64,000 nt of DNA from Candidatus Brocadiia bacterium (GCA_050015075.1 JBEKCB010000008.1:1-64000), one strand, 5' to 3'; positions 10,261-19,847 are shown, numbered from the stretch's first letter. The notes: generated by a model not told the origin, from the letters alone. Numbers and translations: made by a program.

Positions 10261-11229
10261 TCAACCTGTTTTGCCCCCGAGCAACTTCACCAGGCTCGCC
10301 GCCGTCAGAGGAGCGCATCCCTCGAAATGGTTATTGATGTTGACAAAAACCTTATGCCCGAGCCGCAGATTCGCACGGACGATGCTCACCGCCGCCTGAA
10401 TGCTCTCCGGCCTCGGTTCAACGATGCCGTCCCACGCCGAGTCCGTCGCTTCCTCCATCGCCTGCCGGTCGGGGCCGTGCAACCGGACAATCGTGCCGGC
10501 AGGCGTGGTCGTCTCGTTCTTGCTGAAGACCTCGGCGATGTGCGGCATGTAGTAGCCTTCCAGAAAGACGTATCCCAGTTTGTGCTCCCGAAGGAAATCG
10601 AAGAACGCCTTCGACAGGTAGTTGGGGTTCCGCGTCTCGATAGCGTAGCCGAACTCCTTCGGGGCCTTGACGAAGAACTCGTGCAGCCGGTCAAGGAACG
10701 CCTGAAGCGATGGCATCTTCGTTTTGTTCAGGTACTCGAACTGGAACATGATGGGGCCGAGCTTCCCGCCCATTGGAGCGAGGGCGTCCAGAAAACGTTT
10801 CAACAGGTCGGCGCTCAGGAAGTCGGGGTTGGGTTGGTTGGCGAGATCGGCGTGTCCTTTGGGCTGCTTGGCGTAGTGATGCGTCAACGTTATCGCGTTG
10901 GCCGCCTTGACCGTGAAGACGAAGTCGTCCGGGACGCTCTGAGTATACTCCTTCACCGTAGCCGGCTCAGGCAGCTTCACGCCCGACGGAAACAGGCTCC
11001 AGAACCACTGGTCAACCTCGACGGTATTGAAGAATTTTGCGTAGTCGGCCAGATAGTCGTTGGCGGCATACCGGACGCCTTTCCGGTAAATCAGCCCCTT
11101 CCAGCCCTCGTACTTCCATGAGCAGGTGCCGACCCGAAGGAGCGGGCGATACCGAGACGGGATGTCGAGGTTCAGTGTCTGCATGCTGGTTCCGCTCCCT
11201 GCCGCTGTGCCTTCTTTCATTGTACTCAT
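10261..11229 (-). CDS. DUF72 (UPF0759) domain protein
   Basis: VGTCSWKY..W.GLIY, YAKFFNTVEVD, VPDDFVFTVKA, KLGPIMFQF, IETRN, VRLHG, INNHFEG.AP; start codon uncertain. Confidence 0.9.
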   Translation of the reverse strand: MSTMKEGTAAGSGTSMQTLNLDIPSRYRPLLRVGTCSWKYEGWKGLIYRKGVRYAANDYLADYAKFFNTVEVDQWFWSLFPSGVKLPEPATVKEYTQSVPDDFVFTVKAANAITLTHHYAKQPKGHADLANQPNPDFLSADLLKRFLDALAPMGGKLGPIMFQFEYLNKTKMPSLQAFLDRLHEFFVKAPKEFGYAIETRNPNYLSKAFFDFLREHKLGYVFLEGYYMPHIAEVFSKNETTTPAGTIVRLHGPDRQAMEEATDSAWDGIVEPRPESIQAAVSIVRANLRLGHKVFVNINNHFEGCAPLTAASLVKLLGGKTG

Positions 11230-11432
11230 TCGCACCTGAGCGCGGCCACTCGCCGGCGATGGGATATCTGGAAGTCCTTTCGTGACTGCCTAACGCTTGT
11301 AGACCAAGCTCAAGACGAGTATCATCCACGGCGGCTCAAGGCCGGGAAATCCTCGCTCATCCGGGAATCTCGGCCAAAGGCAGACACGCCATCCTTTCGC
11401 GCAGGGGTTGCAAGCAGGAAAGGAGCGTCCGC

Positions 11433-11942
11433 ATGGGCAAGGACTACGAGATTCAGAAGGGACAGGAAGACGGGCCTTGCGTGGTCTACCGCTGTCCGGA
11501 ATGCGGCCGCCAGATTGAGTCCCTCCTGAGTGACGCCGGTTCCAGAGACAACTGCTCGGCGTGCGGGAAGGCCCTCACGGTGCCCGGCGAAGCGGAATGG
11601 CAACTACTCCAAGAAGCAGGGACTTCGAGGCAGCATTCAAGGAACCTTTTCACGGTCGCGTGGGTTTTGCACGAAGCGGTGGAAGCGGCGGTCGCCAAGG
11701 CCGCGCTCGACGAGGCCGGCATCACGTATCTCGCTGAAGACTTCCAGAGAAACCCGTACGATGGAGTCCTGGCGACTCAATTCGGCTGGGGACGGATTCT
11801 CGTGAGCGAGCAGGACATGGAACGGGCGAAAGAGATCATCCAGGAGGCTCTGAAACCCCAACCCTTGGAGGATGTGGAAGACGGCCCCGAAAGCGACGAC
11901 GAGGCGGAACCCGACGACACGGCGGAACCCGAAGCGGGCTGA
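11433..11942 (+). CDS. Zinc-ribbon plus DUF2007 (PII-like) protein with an acidic tail
   Basis: CPECG..CSACG; EA..AKAALDEAGI..., GRILVSEQDMERAKEII; GGAG RBS. Confidence 0.7.
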   Translation: MGKDYEIQKGQEDGPCVVYRCPECGRQIESLLSDAGSRDNCSACGKALTVPGEAEWQLLQEAGTSRQHSRNLFTVAWVLHEAVEAAVAKAALDEAGITYLAEDFQRNPYDGVLATQFGWGRILVSEQDMERAKEIIQEALKPQPLEDVEDGPESDDEAEPDDTAEPEAG

Positions 11943-11995
11943 GACCGCCGGGATGGCCGACGGTGCAAGCTGGAAGAGTTCTGAGAGGACAGGAC

Positions 11996-12505
11996 ATGTT
12001 CAAACTTGCGTCGAAGAGATGGCTCACAGCGATGTTGCTGGCAGCCGTTTCGGTCTTTGGCGTCGCCGCGATGTCGGGCGGTGGAAATGCCTCGGCGGCC
12101 GAAGGGAACGACGCCGATACGCTTTCGTTCGGCCTGGCGGACGGCAGCTATTTCGTCGGTCACGCGTCCTTTACGCTGAGCCAGGAGACGCCCTATGGAA
12201 CGCTGAAGGTTCCCTCGAAGGCGGTCTCCGGTGTTTTTACCGTCAGGAAGAAGGGAAGTATATCGTCTCAGCTTCTGTCGTCTATATCATCTGCCTCATA
12301 TCCACAGATATCGCACATTCAACAAGGCCCTGCCACGCAGGTGAGCACCCTCGACGGCTTCGAGTTCCGCGCGCGTGGTCTGGCCACGCTTACGGAGATG
12401 ACCGTCGTGACCGATGAGGGCGCCGTCACCATCAAGCCGGAGCAAGTGGCGAGGATAGAACGGAAGCCGCTCCCCGCGCCGGAGCAACCGCAAGTTCAGA
12501 AGTGA
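11996..12505 (+). CDS. Secreted hypothetical protein (paralog of the N-domain of 18789-19763)
   Basis: Signal peptide; LADGS..G..SFT...TPYGTL.VPS ... TDEG.V.I...V..IE. Confidence 0.65.
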   Translation: MFKLASKRWLTAMLLAAVSVFGVAAMSGGGNASAAEGNDADTLSFGLADGSYFVGHASFTLSQETPYGTLKVPSKAVSGVFTVRKKGSISSQLLSSISSASYPQISHIQQGPATQVSTLDGFEFRARGLATLTEMTVVTDEGAVTIKPEQVARIERKPLPAPEQPQVQK

Positions 12506-12580
12506 GCGCGGGCAACACCGCACGGGAGCCGGCGCTCCGCTCGCCGATTTTCTGATACCGCCGACGATGGCGGCGGGCGG

Positions 12581-13546
12581 CTAAGCGTTCGAGAGAGCCT
12601 GGTCCCCTGGCGGCTCGTCGGTCGCATCGGCGGCGCCGTTGGATTCGAGTTCGCGCCGGTGTTTAGCGCTGGCCTTCTCCAGTTTCCCGATGCGGAGCGG
12701 GTCGCTGTCGTCGAACGATTCCTGCGCCTCGCTCGAAGCCTCCGCCGCTTGCAGCGCCGCCGCAATCTTCTGGCGCAGTTTCTCATTCTCCTCGAGCGCC
12801 TGCTCAGCCTGCTGCCGGGCTTCCGCAGCCTGTCTCTCAAGCCGCTGCCGTTCCTCCTCCGCCTGGCGGAGACGGTTGAGTGCGGCCTCGAGCTGAATCC
12901 CGACGCCGTCGCGGTGATCAGTCAGCTCCTTCAACTGCGCTTCGAGCAGGTCGCGCTGCGCCTGCGCCTCCTGCCGGCTTTTCTGGAAGCGGGCGGTCTC
13001 CTGCGCGAGCCGCTGCACGCTCGCGGCGTAGGCGCGGTCGCGTTCCACGGCGAGGCTCCTCACCTGCATCTCGAGCCTCGCGCGCCAGTCCGGCAAATCG
13101 CGCGGGCGTTCCTTGAGCTTCGCGATCTCCTGCGTGAGGCGTTGCGCGGTCGTAACGTAGGTCGTCACGTCCTTGAGCGACACTTGCGTTGCCTCTTCGC
13201 CCATCCATTTCATGGCGGAAAGCCGGATCTTCAGGATGATCTCGGCGCCGTTGTCCAGGGCGAACCGGACCTGGCTGGCGGCGAGTCGTTGCGGCTGGTT
13301 GTTCAGGTGCGCTTCGAGCCGCGTCTGGAGCCCGCCGCGGAGCATGCGTTCGGCCTTCGGGTTCATGAAGCAGATCCGGCCCAGGCGGTCCATGATGACG
13401 ACGGGCGCTTTGAGTTGCATGACAAGCGAAGCGAAGTCAGGCGCAGGGCCGGCCGTCGCCGGCAATGGCTCCATATCCGGCGCGCCTTCGTAGAGGTCGT
13501 CGGAGCGCATATCGGGAATCCCGGACAAGAATTGCGCCTCACCCAC
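12581..13546 (-). CDS. PAS-domain plus coiled-coil protein
   Basis: PVVIMDRLGRICFMNPKAERML ... W.GE....VSLKDVT is PAS-like, followed by long heptad repeats; start uncertain. Confidence 0.65.
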   Translation of the reverse strand: MGEAQFLSGIPDMRSDDLYEGAPDMEPLPATAGPAPDFASLVMQLKAPVVIMDRLGRICFMNPKAERMLRGGLQTRLEAHLNNQPQRLAASQVRFALDNGAEIILKIRLSAMKWMGEEATQVSLKDVTTYVTTAQRLTQEIAKLKERPRDLPDWRARLEMQVRSLAVERDRAYAASVQRLAQETARFQKSRQEAQAQRDLLEAQLKELTDHRDGVGIQLEAALNRLRQAEEERQRLERQAAEARQQAEQALEENEKLRQKIAAALQAAEASSEAQESFDDSDPLRIGKLEKASAKHRRELESNGAADATDEPPGDQALSNA

Positions 13547-13610
13547 TGGAAGCCCCGCATTTCGGCCTGCGCACCTGCTTCAACATTCTTATCATACGAA
13601 TGGCGCAGCG

Positions 13611-15056
13611 TCAATATGCGCTCTCGGTTCGCGGCGGCGCTCGGCGGCGCGCCAGGATGAGCTTATCCTCGTCGGCCAGGATCTCCATGTTCTCCCGCGC
13701 CTCCCTGAGCGCCCGCCAGGCCACGGCCGGCGGCGTCGTGCCGAGATTGCCCTTCATGTCCATGAACAGGTAGTCCGCCCCTGCGTAATCGTCGAGCAAC
13801 ACGATCTCCGTGCGGTGCGGAACCTGGCAATACAAATCCCATTGGACGGCCAGGCGCCCGTCCGCAGGCAGGAGCCGGCGAGCGATATCCGCCGCCGCGC
13901 GCTCCCGCGCGGTGACCTCGAACGGCCTCATGGGGAACCCGTTCGAGAGCGTCGGCCGCGTCAGCCAGATCGCTCCGTTCACCGCAAGCAACGCTGTCAT
14001 GAACACGATGAGCGGGCCTTTCGCCGAACGCGGCCCTCGGGCGAACCGCGCCGCTCCGAGCGCGGTCGCGAAGAACAGGAAAGGGATGATCGGCGCGCTA
14101 CGGTAATACGCCAGCATCCGGAAATCCGGGTCCGGCGAAAGCAGCACCACCACCGCCGGAGGCAGAATCAGCAGCGCGCTGCGCCAGTCCGCCAGGAACA
14201 GGAACCCGCACGTCGCCAGCAGCGTCAGCAGCGGCCACGAAATCAGCGAGAGCGCAATGCGCCACGGGTGCGCCAGGATGTTCAGCGCGATCGCCGGCAG
14301 ACTGTTCCCGTAAGCTCCATAGAACTTCAGGTACGCCGGCGGCGTGCCCGCGGGCGCGAACGCGCGCGTGACCGCCGCCGCCAGCAGGAACCAGGCCAGC
14401 GACAGGCCCATGGTTCCCCAGCCCAGCCGCCGCTGGCGCCGCACCAGCAGCAGGTACAGGCCGAACGGGGCCAGGTACAGCGCCACATCCGTCTTCACCC
14501 CGAGGGCCAGGACCAGAAAGATCCAGTATGCTTTTCGATGCCTGGCCAGCGCGCAATACATCGCGCTGAACGCGCAGAAAGGCAGCAGCGCCTCGTAGTG
14601 CGAGGCCTGGTGAATGCAGCCGACGTAGTAGTTCACCAGGTACAGCCCCGCCGTCAGCGCCGCCAGCGCGCGGCTGTTCGTGGCGTAGCGGGCCAGGAGG
14701 AAGAGCGGCACGGCGGCGCCCGCGAGAAGAACGCTCTGGAACAGCAGCAGGGTCAGCGGGCCATCGTGCAGCGCGTAGAACGGGAGCGCCAGGAGCAGCG
14801 TCGGCGTAAAGTGCACGCCGAAGTGGCTCCGGCCGATCAGCGGCGAGTACATGAACCGCCCGTGGAGCGTCCAGTGCAGGCTGTAATCAATCAGCCCCAC
14901 ATCGTGCGGGAAAGTGTGGTGCGAGGCCTGCTGCGAAAACGCAATCCAGCCGTAATACAACTCAGCCGCCAACAGCCCCGTGACCGCGACCATCATGATG
15001 AGCGAAACGCCAGGCCGCGCCTCGGTGGCCCCGTCGAGGACACGCGCCGGCGTCAT
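13611..15056 (-). CDS. DUF2079 membrane protein (GT-C-like)
   Basis: HD.G..D, SHFGVHFTP.L..L.PFY, LL..QS, HYE, K.D and many TM helices; ATGA overlap with the upstream DUF2950 gene. Confidence 0.8.
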   Translation of the reverse strand: MTPARVLDGATEARPGVSLIMMVAVTGLLAAELYYGWIAFSQQASHHTFPHDVGLIDYSLHWTLHGRFMYSPLIGRSHFGVHFTPTLLLALPFYALHDGPLTLLLFQSVLLAGAAVPLFLLARYATNSRALAALTAGLYLVNYYVGCIHQASHYEALLPFCAFSAMYCALARHRKAYWIFLVLALGVKTDVALYLAPFGLYLLLVRRQRRLGWGTMGLSLAWFLLAAAVTRAFAPAGTPPAYLKFYGAYGNSLPAIALNILAHPWRIALSLISWPLLTLLATCGFLFLADWRSALLILPPAVVVLLSPDPDFRMLAYYRSAPIIPFLFFATALGAARFARGPRSAKGPLIVFMTALLAVNGAIWLTRPTLSNGFPMRPFEVTARERAAADIARRLLPADGRLAVQWDLYCQVPHRTEIVLLDDYAGADYLFMDMKGNLGTTPPAVAWRALREARENMEILADEDKLILARRRAPPRTESAY

Positions 15057-16066
15057 TTCTCAGGCGCCGCGTTCGATGCTCCCTCATCCTCCACCAGCGT
15101 CCAACTGCTGTCGGGATTGTATTCCTTCATGTTCCGGGCGAGGTCCGGGGTTTTGGACCCGAGGTCCTTTTGATAGAGCTTGCCCTGGTGGCTGATGATG
15201 AACGTCATCACGCCGGAGGCGCCGTACTCGCTCGGCCAGGCAACCAGGGCGAAGCCGGCGATCATGTTGCCATTGATGACGTAATCGTATTGGCCGCCGG
15301 GTGCGTCGGGGCCCTGGCACTTGAGGATGTGGTAGAAGTAGCCATGGTACGGCTGCGGGCCGGAGTGGTCCTTCTGCCCGAGCGTGTAACCTTCCATATC
15401 AGCCTGGGCGACAAACTCGCCGAACGGGCTCTCTTCCTCGCCGGGAGCCGCCGCCCAATAAAGCCCGTCCTTGCCGTTCTTGCTGATGAAGCGCTGGGCG
15501 TACTTGAGCACGCCGCTGTCATCGCGGTCCACGCTGGCGTACTCGCGCTGCGCTTCGAGATACGCGCGGCAGACGGCGATGGTTTCCAGTTCGTTGGCGC
15601 CGATGCGGCGGGCGAGGATTTCCTTCTTGCCCGCTTCGGTGTCGAAGAACCATTTGCCGTCCGGCAGGCGCGTCAGCGGAATGGGGAAGGGCCAGTTGTC
15701 CTTGCCGATGTCAACAATGGAGGTATTCTCGTCCTTCTTCTCCAGCTCGAGGTGCTCGCCGGCGTTCTTGACGAAGCGGTCGAAGGCCTTCTCGTCCTCG
15801 ACCTTGTCGCCGGTGACGAACTCCGAAGAAGCCGGACCGAACATGCGGTCGAGGGCCGCGCGGTCGCGCGCCTTGGCGGCGGCGACGAGCGCGGCGGCGG
15901 CCTGGTCGTCGCTGTCGAATTGCTGCTGGCCCGCGCCCGGCTCGCCGGCGGGGCGGACGAGTTCGGCCTCGCTCCCCGTGGTGATGCAACCGGTGATGGC
16001 GGCGAGTATGAAGGCGCCCGCGCAGACGAGCGCGGCCATTACGGCTCCGGAAGTTCGAGAATGCAT
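15053..16066 (-). CDS. DUF2950 family protein (copy 1)
   Basis: WPFPIPL, WFFDT.AG..EI.ARRIG.NEL, YAQRFIS..GKDGLYW, PYHGY.Y.IL..QG, GFALVAWP..YG.SGVMTF. Confidence 0.92.
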   Translation of the reverse strand: MHSRTSGAVMAALVCAGAFILAAITGCITTGSEAELVRPAGEPGAGQQQFDSDDQAAAALVAAAKARDRAALDRMFGPASSEFVTGDKVEDEKAFDRFVKNAGEHLELEKKDENTSIVDIGKDNWPFPIPLTRLPDGKWFFDTEAGKKEILARRIGANELETIAVCRAYLEAQREYASVDRDDSGVLKYAQRFISKNGKDGLYWAAAPGEEESPFGEFVAQADMEGYTLGQKDHSGPQPYHGYFYHILKCQGPDAPGGQYDYVINGNMIAGFALVAWPSEYGASGVMTFIISHQGKLYQKDLGSKTPDLARNMKEYNPDSSWTLVEDEGASNAAPEK

Positions 16067-16162
16067 CCTTGCTCTCCTTAATTGAGCCGCCGGCGATATC
16101 CGGGCGGACGTTTCAAATCTCCGACGCTGCCGGCACTGCCGGCAGTCAGCGATGCGCGATCT

Positions 16163-17416
16163 TCATCGGTGCGAGGCCGAGGCATTGCCGCGGGCGCTTT
16201 GAGCGCGAGCTGCGCCGCCCGAGCCGCCGCTGAAGGCGCTGCTGCGAGCGGGTTGCGGCGCGGCCCGTGCCGGCGCTGCGCGGGCGACCGGCGCTGCGCG
16301 AGGGGCCGGCGCGCGGGCGGCGGCGCGAGGAGCCGGCGCGCTGCGGGCAGGCGCGGGCTTAGTCGCGGCCCGCCGGGTCGTCGAGGTGGCGCGCTGCACG
16401 GAACGCTGAACCGTGCTGCGGGTTTGCGTGGCGGCAAAGATGTTTTTCGAGGATGCGGGCGCAGCCTGCCTGCCGACCGCCAAACCACGAGCCGCGCCGG
16501 CGGCGGGCTTCGCGGCGGCGGCTCCGCGCGCACGATTGAGGCCCGCTTTTTCGGCGACCGCAGGCGTGAGCCGCGGCGCGGACCTCAGCGGCGCGCGAGT
16601 CCAGGTTCTGGGAGAGGCCTTCCATCCCGCCGGGCGGCGGTTCCATGCCGGCGGATGACGGTCCCATTCCTCGGGGTGATGCCATCCGGAATACCACCCG
16701 CCGCCGGTCACGATGCATCGCCCGCCCCAGTCGAAATCGTCGTCGCACCAGAGGCCGATGGGGTAGCCGGCGCCGTAGGTGACCGGACAGACGCCGGCAT
16801 AAACCGCGTCCGGGTCGTACTGCGGCACGTAGATCACCTCGGGATCAACCGGCTCGATGCGGATGGCGCCGTTGTCGGCGACCACCTGCTGCTGCGGATT
16901 GGTCTGGAGATTCTGCGCGGCTTGCGCCTGGGCGCGCAACTGCTGGATGCACGCGAGCACGTCCTGCTGCTGGTTCAAGAATGCCGCGCCTAAGGCCTGG
17001 GTCCAATTGATCTGGCCGCTCATCATCGCGAGGACGCCGGGGTAATGGACCAGGCCCTTGATGGAGGCATCCCAAGTCTGGGCGGCGATGTCCGCCTCGG
17101 TGGGATTGGGCGCGGCCTGAAGCCATTGCTCGGCGGCGGCCACGTCCTGCGGATAGGTGGCGGCGGGCAGAATCAGCGACAGGAGCGGGTCGGGATAGAG
17201 CGCGATGGGCCCGAGCAACTGGGCGAGTTGGTCGGCGGTGAGCGTGACGGCCGCCGCGGGCACGCCGGGCATGACGGGCGGTGCGCCTTGCGGGTATTGG
17301 ACGTATTGCGGGTACTGCGGAGCCTCAACCTGCGCCTGCACCACGGCGCGCCCGCCGACCCAGCAAAGGCTAGCCATCCCGGCCAGGCACGCGATCATGC
17401 GCCATTGTTTTCGCAT
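16163..17416 (-). CDS. DUF3300 domain protein with an Ala/Arg/Pro-rich tail
   Basis: L.QL..PIALYPD.LL, WD.S.K.L..YP.VL, WTQ.LG.AF..QQ.DV...IQ.LR, I.IEP..P.VIYVPQYDP. Confidence 0.92.
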   Translation of the reverse strand: MRKQWRMIACLAGMASLCWVGGRAVVQAQVEAPQYPQYVQYPQGAPPVMPGVPAAAVTLTADQLAQLLGPIALYPDPLLSLILPAATYPQDVAAAEQWLQAAPNPTEADIAAQTWDASIKGLVHYPGVLAMMSGQINWTQALGAAFLNQQQDVLACIQQLRAQAQAAQNLQTNPQQQVVADNGAIRIEPVDPEVIYVPQYDPDAVYAGVCPVTYGAGYPIGLWCDDDFDWGGRCIVTGGGWYSGWHHPEEWDRHPPAWNRRPAGWKASPRTWTRAPLRSAPRLTPAVAEKAGLNRARGAAAAKPAAGAARGLAVGRQAAPASSKNIFAATQTRSTVQRSVQRATSTTRRAATKPAPARSAPAPRAAARAPAPRAAPVARAAPARAAPQPARSSAFSGGSGGAARAQSARGNASASHR

Positions 17417-17557
17417 TGCAGTTGCCTCGATAGAGAAGCGCTCTCGAGTCCGCCATGCCCGCTCCGAAAAAACCAGCCGCGCCGGCGATCCGCCTGCGCG
17501 GCCGGTTCATTGTCCCGGGCGACCGCCGAAGCTCACTGGCCCGAGCGAATCATCGGC

Positions 17558-17890
17558 TCACTGGGGCGCAGGCGCCGCAGGCGGCGCAGCAAGCTTCATC
17601 GCCTCCTGGACCGTCTTGGTCATCCCCGCGATCTTCGCGTTCGCGGCGGCCAGTTGCTTTTGCAAGGTTTGATTCTCGGTGGTCTTCGCCGCTAATTCGC
17701 TGGTTTTCGCCGCGAGGTCGTCCTGGGCCGTCTTGAGATCCTGCTTCGTCTGGTCCAGTTGCTTCTGCAGCTCGGCGACCTTTACCCCGTCGCCCCCGGT
17801 TGTCCCAGCGGTCGGCTCCGGCCCGCAGCCCACTGTCATCATCAAGGCCGCGGCAAAGGCCGCAGCGGCCGCCCATTGCAAACACTTCAT
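17558..17890 (-). CDS. Coiled-coil lipoprotein
   Basis: Lipobox TVGC; heptad repeats; GGAGG RBS. Confidence 0.75.
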   Translation of the reverse strand: MKCLQWAAAAAFAAALMMTVGCGPEPTAGTTGGDGVKVAELQKQLDQTKQDLKTAQDDLAAKTSELAAKTTENQTLQKQLAAANAKIAGMTKTVQEAMKLAAPPAAPAPQ

Positions 17891-17937
17891 AGCTTGACCT
17901 CCCAATAAGAAGCCCGCATGTTTATCCGATTCGAGGC

Positions 17938-18423
17938 CTACTGGTTCGCCGGCGGCGCCGCCGATTCGAGCTTCTTCGCAATATCCGCCAGGGCCTTCTT
18001 TGCGGCCGCCAGCTCGGCTTCCATGGCCTTCTGCGCATCAACTTCCTGCTGGAGCTTGCCCGTCTTTTGCGTCTCGGCGCCCAAATCCTTCCGGGCTTGG
18101 TCCAGTAACGCCTGGGTTTCTGCAAGCTGGCTCTGCAGCCGGTCCGCGCGGGTCTTCTGATCGGCAGCCTCGTTCTGGACGGCTTTCAAGTCGGCGAGGG
18201 AACGGCTGTTCGCCGCCAGTTGGTCCTGGACCGTCTTGAGGTCCTTGCGGACCTGGTCGAGTTGCTTCTGCGCCGCGTCGGCCTTCTTCTGCGCCGCGTC
18301 GGTCTTCTTCTGCGCGGCCATGATGTCCTGGTCGTACTTCGCCTTCGACACCGAGCTGCATCCCGTGCCGATGACCAGCGGCACAGCGACCGCCACAACG
18401 GCTAACGCCCGCAAGTACCACAT
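17938..18423 (-). CDS. Coiled-coil lipoprotein (paralog of 17558-17890)
   Basis: Lipobox GTGC followed by VSKAKYD; 21-bp internal repeats encoding AAQKKTD/AAQKKAD; AGGAGG RBS. Confidence 0.8.
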   Translation of the reverse strand: MWYLRALAVVAVAVPLVIGTGCSSVSKAKYDQDIMAAQKKTDAAQKKADAAQKQLDQVRKDLKTVQDQLAANSRSLADLKAVQNEAADQKTRADRLQSQLAETQALLDQARKDLGAETQKTGKLQQEVDAQKAMEAELAAAKKALADIAKKLESAAPPANQ

Positions 18424-18466
18424 ACCGTCACCTCCTAATGAACAGCAAGGGACAGCCTGCTTTCAA

Positions 18467-18512
18467 GCATGAGGTTATACGGTCGGATTGGCGCTGTCAA
18501 GCGGTTTCTCGG
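18467..18512 (-). promoter_or_regulatory. 46-bp promoter module, copy A
   Basis: Minus strand CCGAGAAACCGCTTGACAGCGCCAATCCGACCGTATAACCTCATGC; 39/46 identical to 40951-40996. Confidence 0.7.
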
Positions 18513-18613
18513 CTGTCCACGTCGCGAGTGTTCCAATTTTGGATGGTACCCGCTTCCGCCACTCCGCTGGAAATGGTATTCTTGTGGCCGGCTCATGCAG
18601 AGAGGAGAGCGAG

Positions 18614-18730
18614 ATGTTCAGCACGGAGAAGGTGCTGTTCAGCGCGTTCATATGTTTGTGCGCCGCTGCCGCCGGTTTCGCCATCGGCTGGTGTATGTCC
18701 AGGCACATCGGGAAGAAAGACAAACGATAA
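18614..18730 (+). CDS. Putative 38-aa single-pass membrane protein
   Basis: GAGGAG RBS, hydrophobic helix, basic C-terminus (MFSTEKVLFSAFICLCAAAAGFAIGWCMSRHIGKKDKR). Confidence 0.5.
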   Translation: MFSTEKVLFSAFICLCAAAAGFAIGWCMSRHIGKKDKR

Positions 18731-18788
18731 ACGAAAAAGGCAGGGAGTTTATCCCTGCCTTTGTGCGGAGAATCTGCTTCCGGTCCGT

Positions 18789-19763
18789 TCAGCGACCGCG
18801 TCCTCCGCCAAACCCGCCTCGCGCTCCTCCGCCGCCGAAGGACGCATGCGCTGCGCCGTGGAATCCGCTCATTCCTCCGCTTCGGATGCCCGAAGAGGCC
18901 GCACTGCGAAACACTCCGCCGCCGCTGCGGAACGCCGGACTTGCCCCGCCGCGGAAGGAGAACGATGAGAAGCCTCGTCCTGCCGCCGCATTGTGGAATC
19001 CGCCACCGAATCCGCCTACGCCATTATGGAATCCGCCGCCGAACCGGTCACCGAATCCGTTACCAAACCGGTCACCGAATCGGTTACCGAACCGGCCGCC
19101 GAATCCGCGCCCGAAAAAGCATCCGTTGTAAATGCCGGCTGTTATAAAGCCGTACCCCGGACACCAGGCGTAAGAAGAGCCATATGGATAACCATACAAA
19201 GCACCGTAATCGTATCCATAGCCGTAAGGTCCGGGCGGCACGTAAGCCGGATTGACATTGACGTACGGGGCTACGTCGGCGTAGTCGTACGGTATCTGAT
19301 CAGAGTAGACGTCCGAAGGCGCCACAGGCGGCGCTTCCTGGTAGCCCGGGTTCACCGCCACCGGAGGAGCCGCATTCGGGGCCTCAGCGTAGAGCGTCTC
19401 GATGCTGACCACTTTCGTGAGGTCCACGTTGACCGGCCCGGCCTCCGTCGTAGCTTTCAGGTCGCTGCTTGAGGCTTTGTATTTCACCCGCAGCTCAATG
19501 CTCTTCGTGTAGATGTCCGCCCATTCGTTAGCAATGTCGAAACGGGCCGAGAGGAAGTTCGTGGATGGAATGCTCAGTCGGCCGTACTGGCTGTCAATAT
19601 CCATGGTGAACGAAACGGCGCCCTTCAGAACGCTCCCGTCCGAAAGCAGAATCTTGAAACCTTGTGCGTTGGGTTGACCCGCCGGTGGAGCTGTACTTCC
19701 AGCCACTGTCAGCGGAAGGAGGGACAGCCATATCACCAGCGGCACGATCAGGTTATAACGCAT
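18789..19763 (-). CDS. Secreted protein with a beta-rich N-domain and a Pro/Tyr-rich then FG/RG-rich low-complexity tail
   Basis: Signal peptide; GGAGGG RBS; 12-bp repeats encoding RFGN/RFGD. Confidence 0.75.
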   Translation of the reverse strand: MRYNLIVPLVIWLSLLPLTVAGSTAPPAGQPNAQGFKILLSDGSVLKGAVSFTMDIDSQYGRLSIPSTNFLSARFDIANEWADIYTKSIELRVKYKASSSDLKATTEAGPVNVDLTKVVSIETLYAEAPNAAPPVAVNPGYQEAPPVAPSDVYSDQIPYDYADVAPYVNVNPAYVPPGPYGYGYDYGALYGYPYGSSYAWCPGYGFITAGIYNGCFFGRGFGGRFGNRFGDRFGNGFGDRFGGGFHNGVGGFGGGFHNAAAGRGFSSFSFRGGASPAFRSGGGVFRSAASSGIRSGGMSGFHGAAHASFGGGGARGGFGGGRGR

Positions 19764-19819
19764 GGTTTGACCCTCCTGCGTCTGTCGCTTTTCCTTCATA
19801 TCCATCACTCCCCGTAATG

Positions 19820-19847
19820 ATTATATCCCATTTTCTCCCTCTGTCAA
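19820..19847 (-). promoter_or_regulatory. Sigma70-type promoter
   Basis: Minus strand TTGACA-N16-TATAAT upstream of 19763. Confidence 0.7.
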
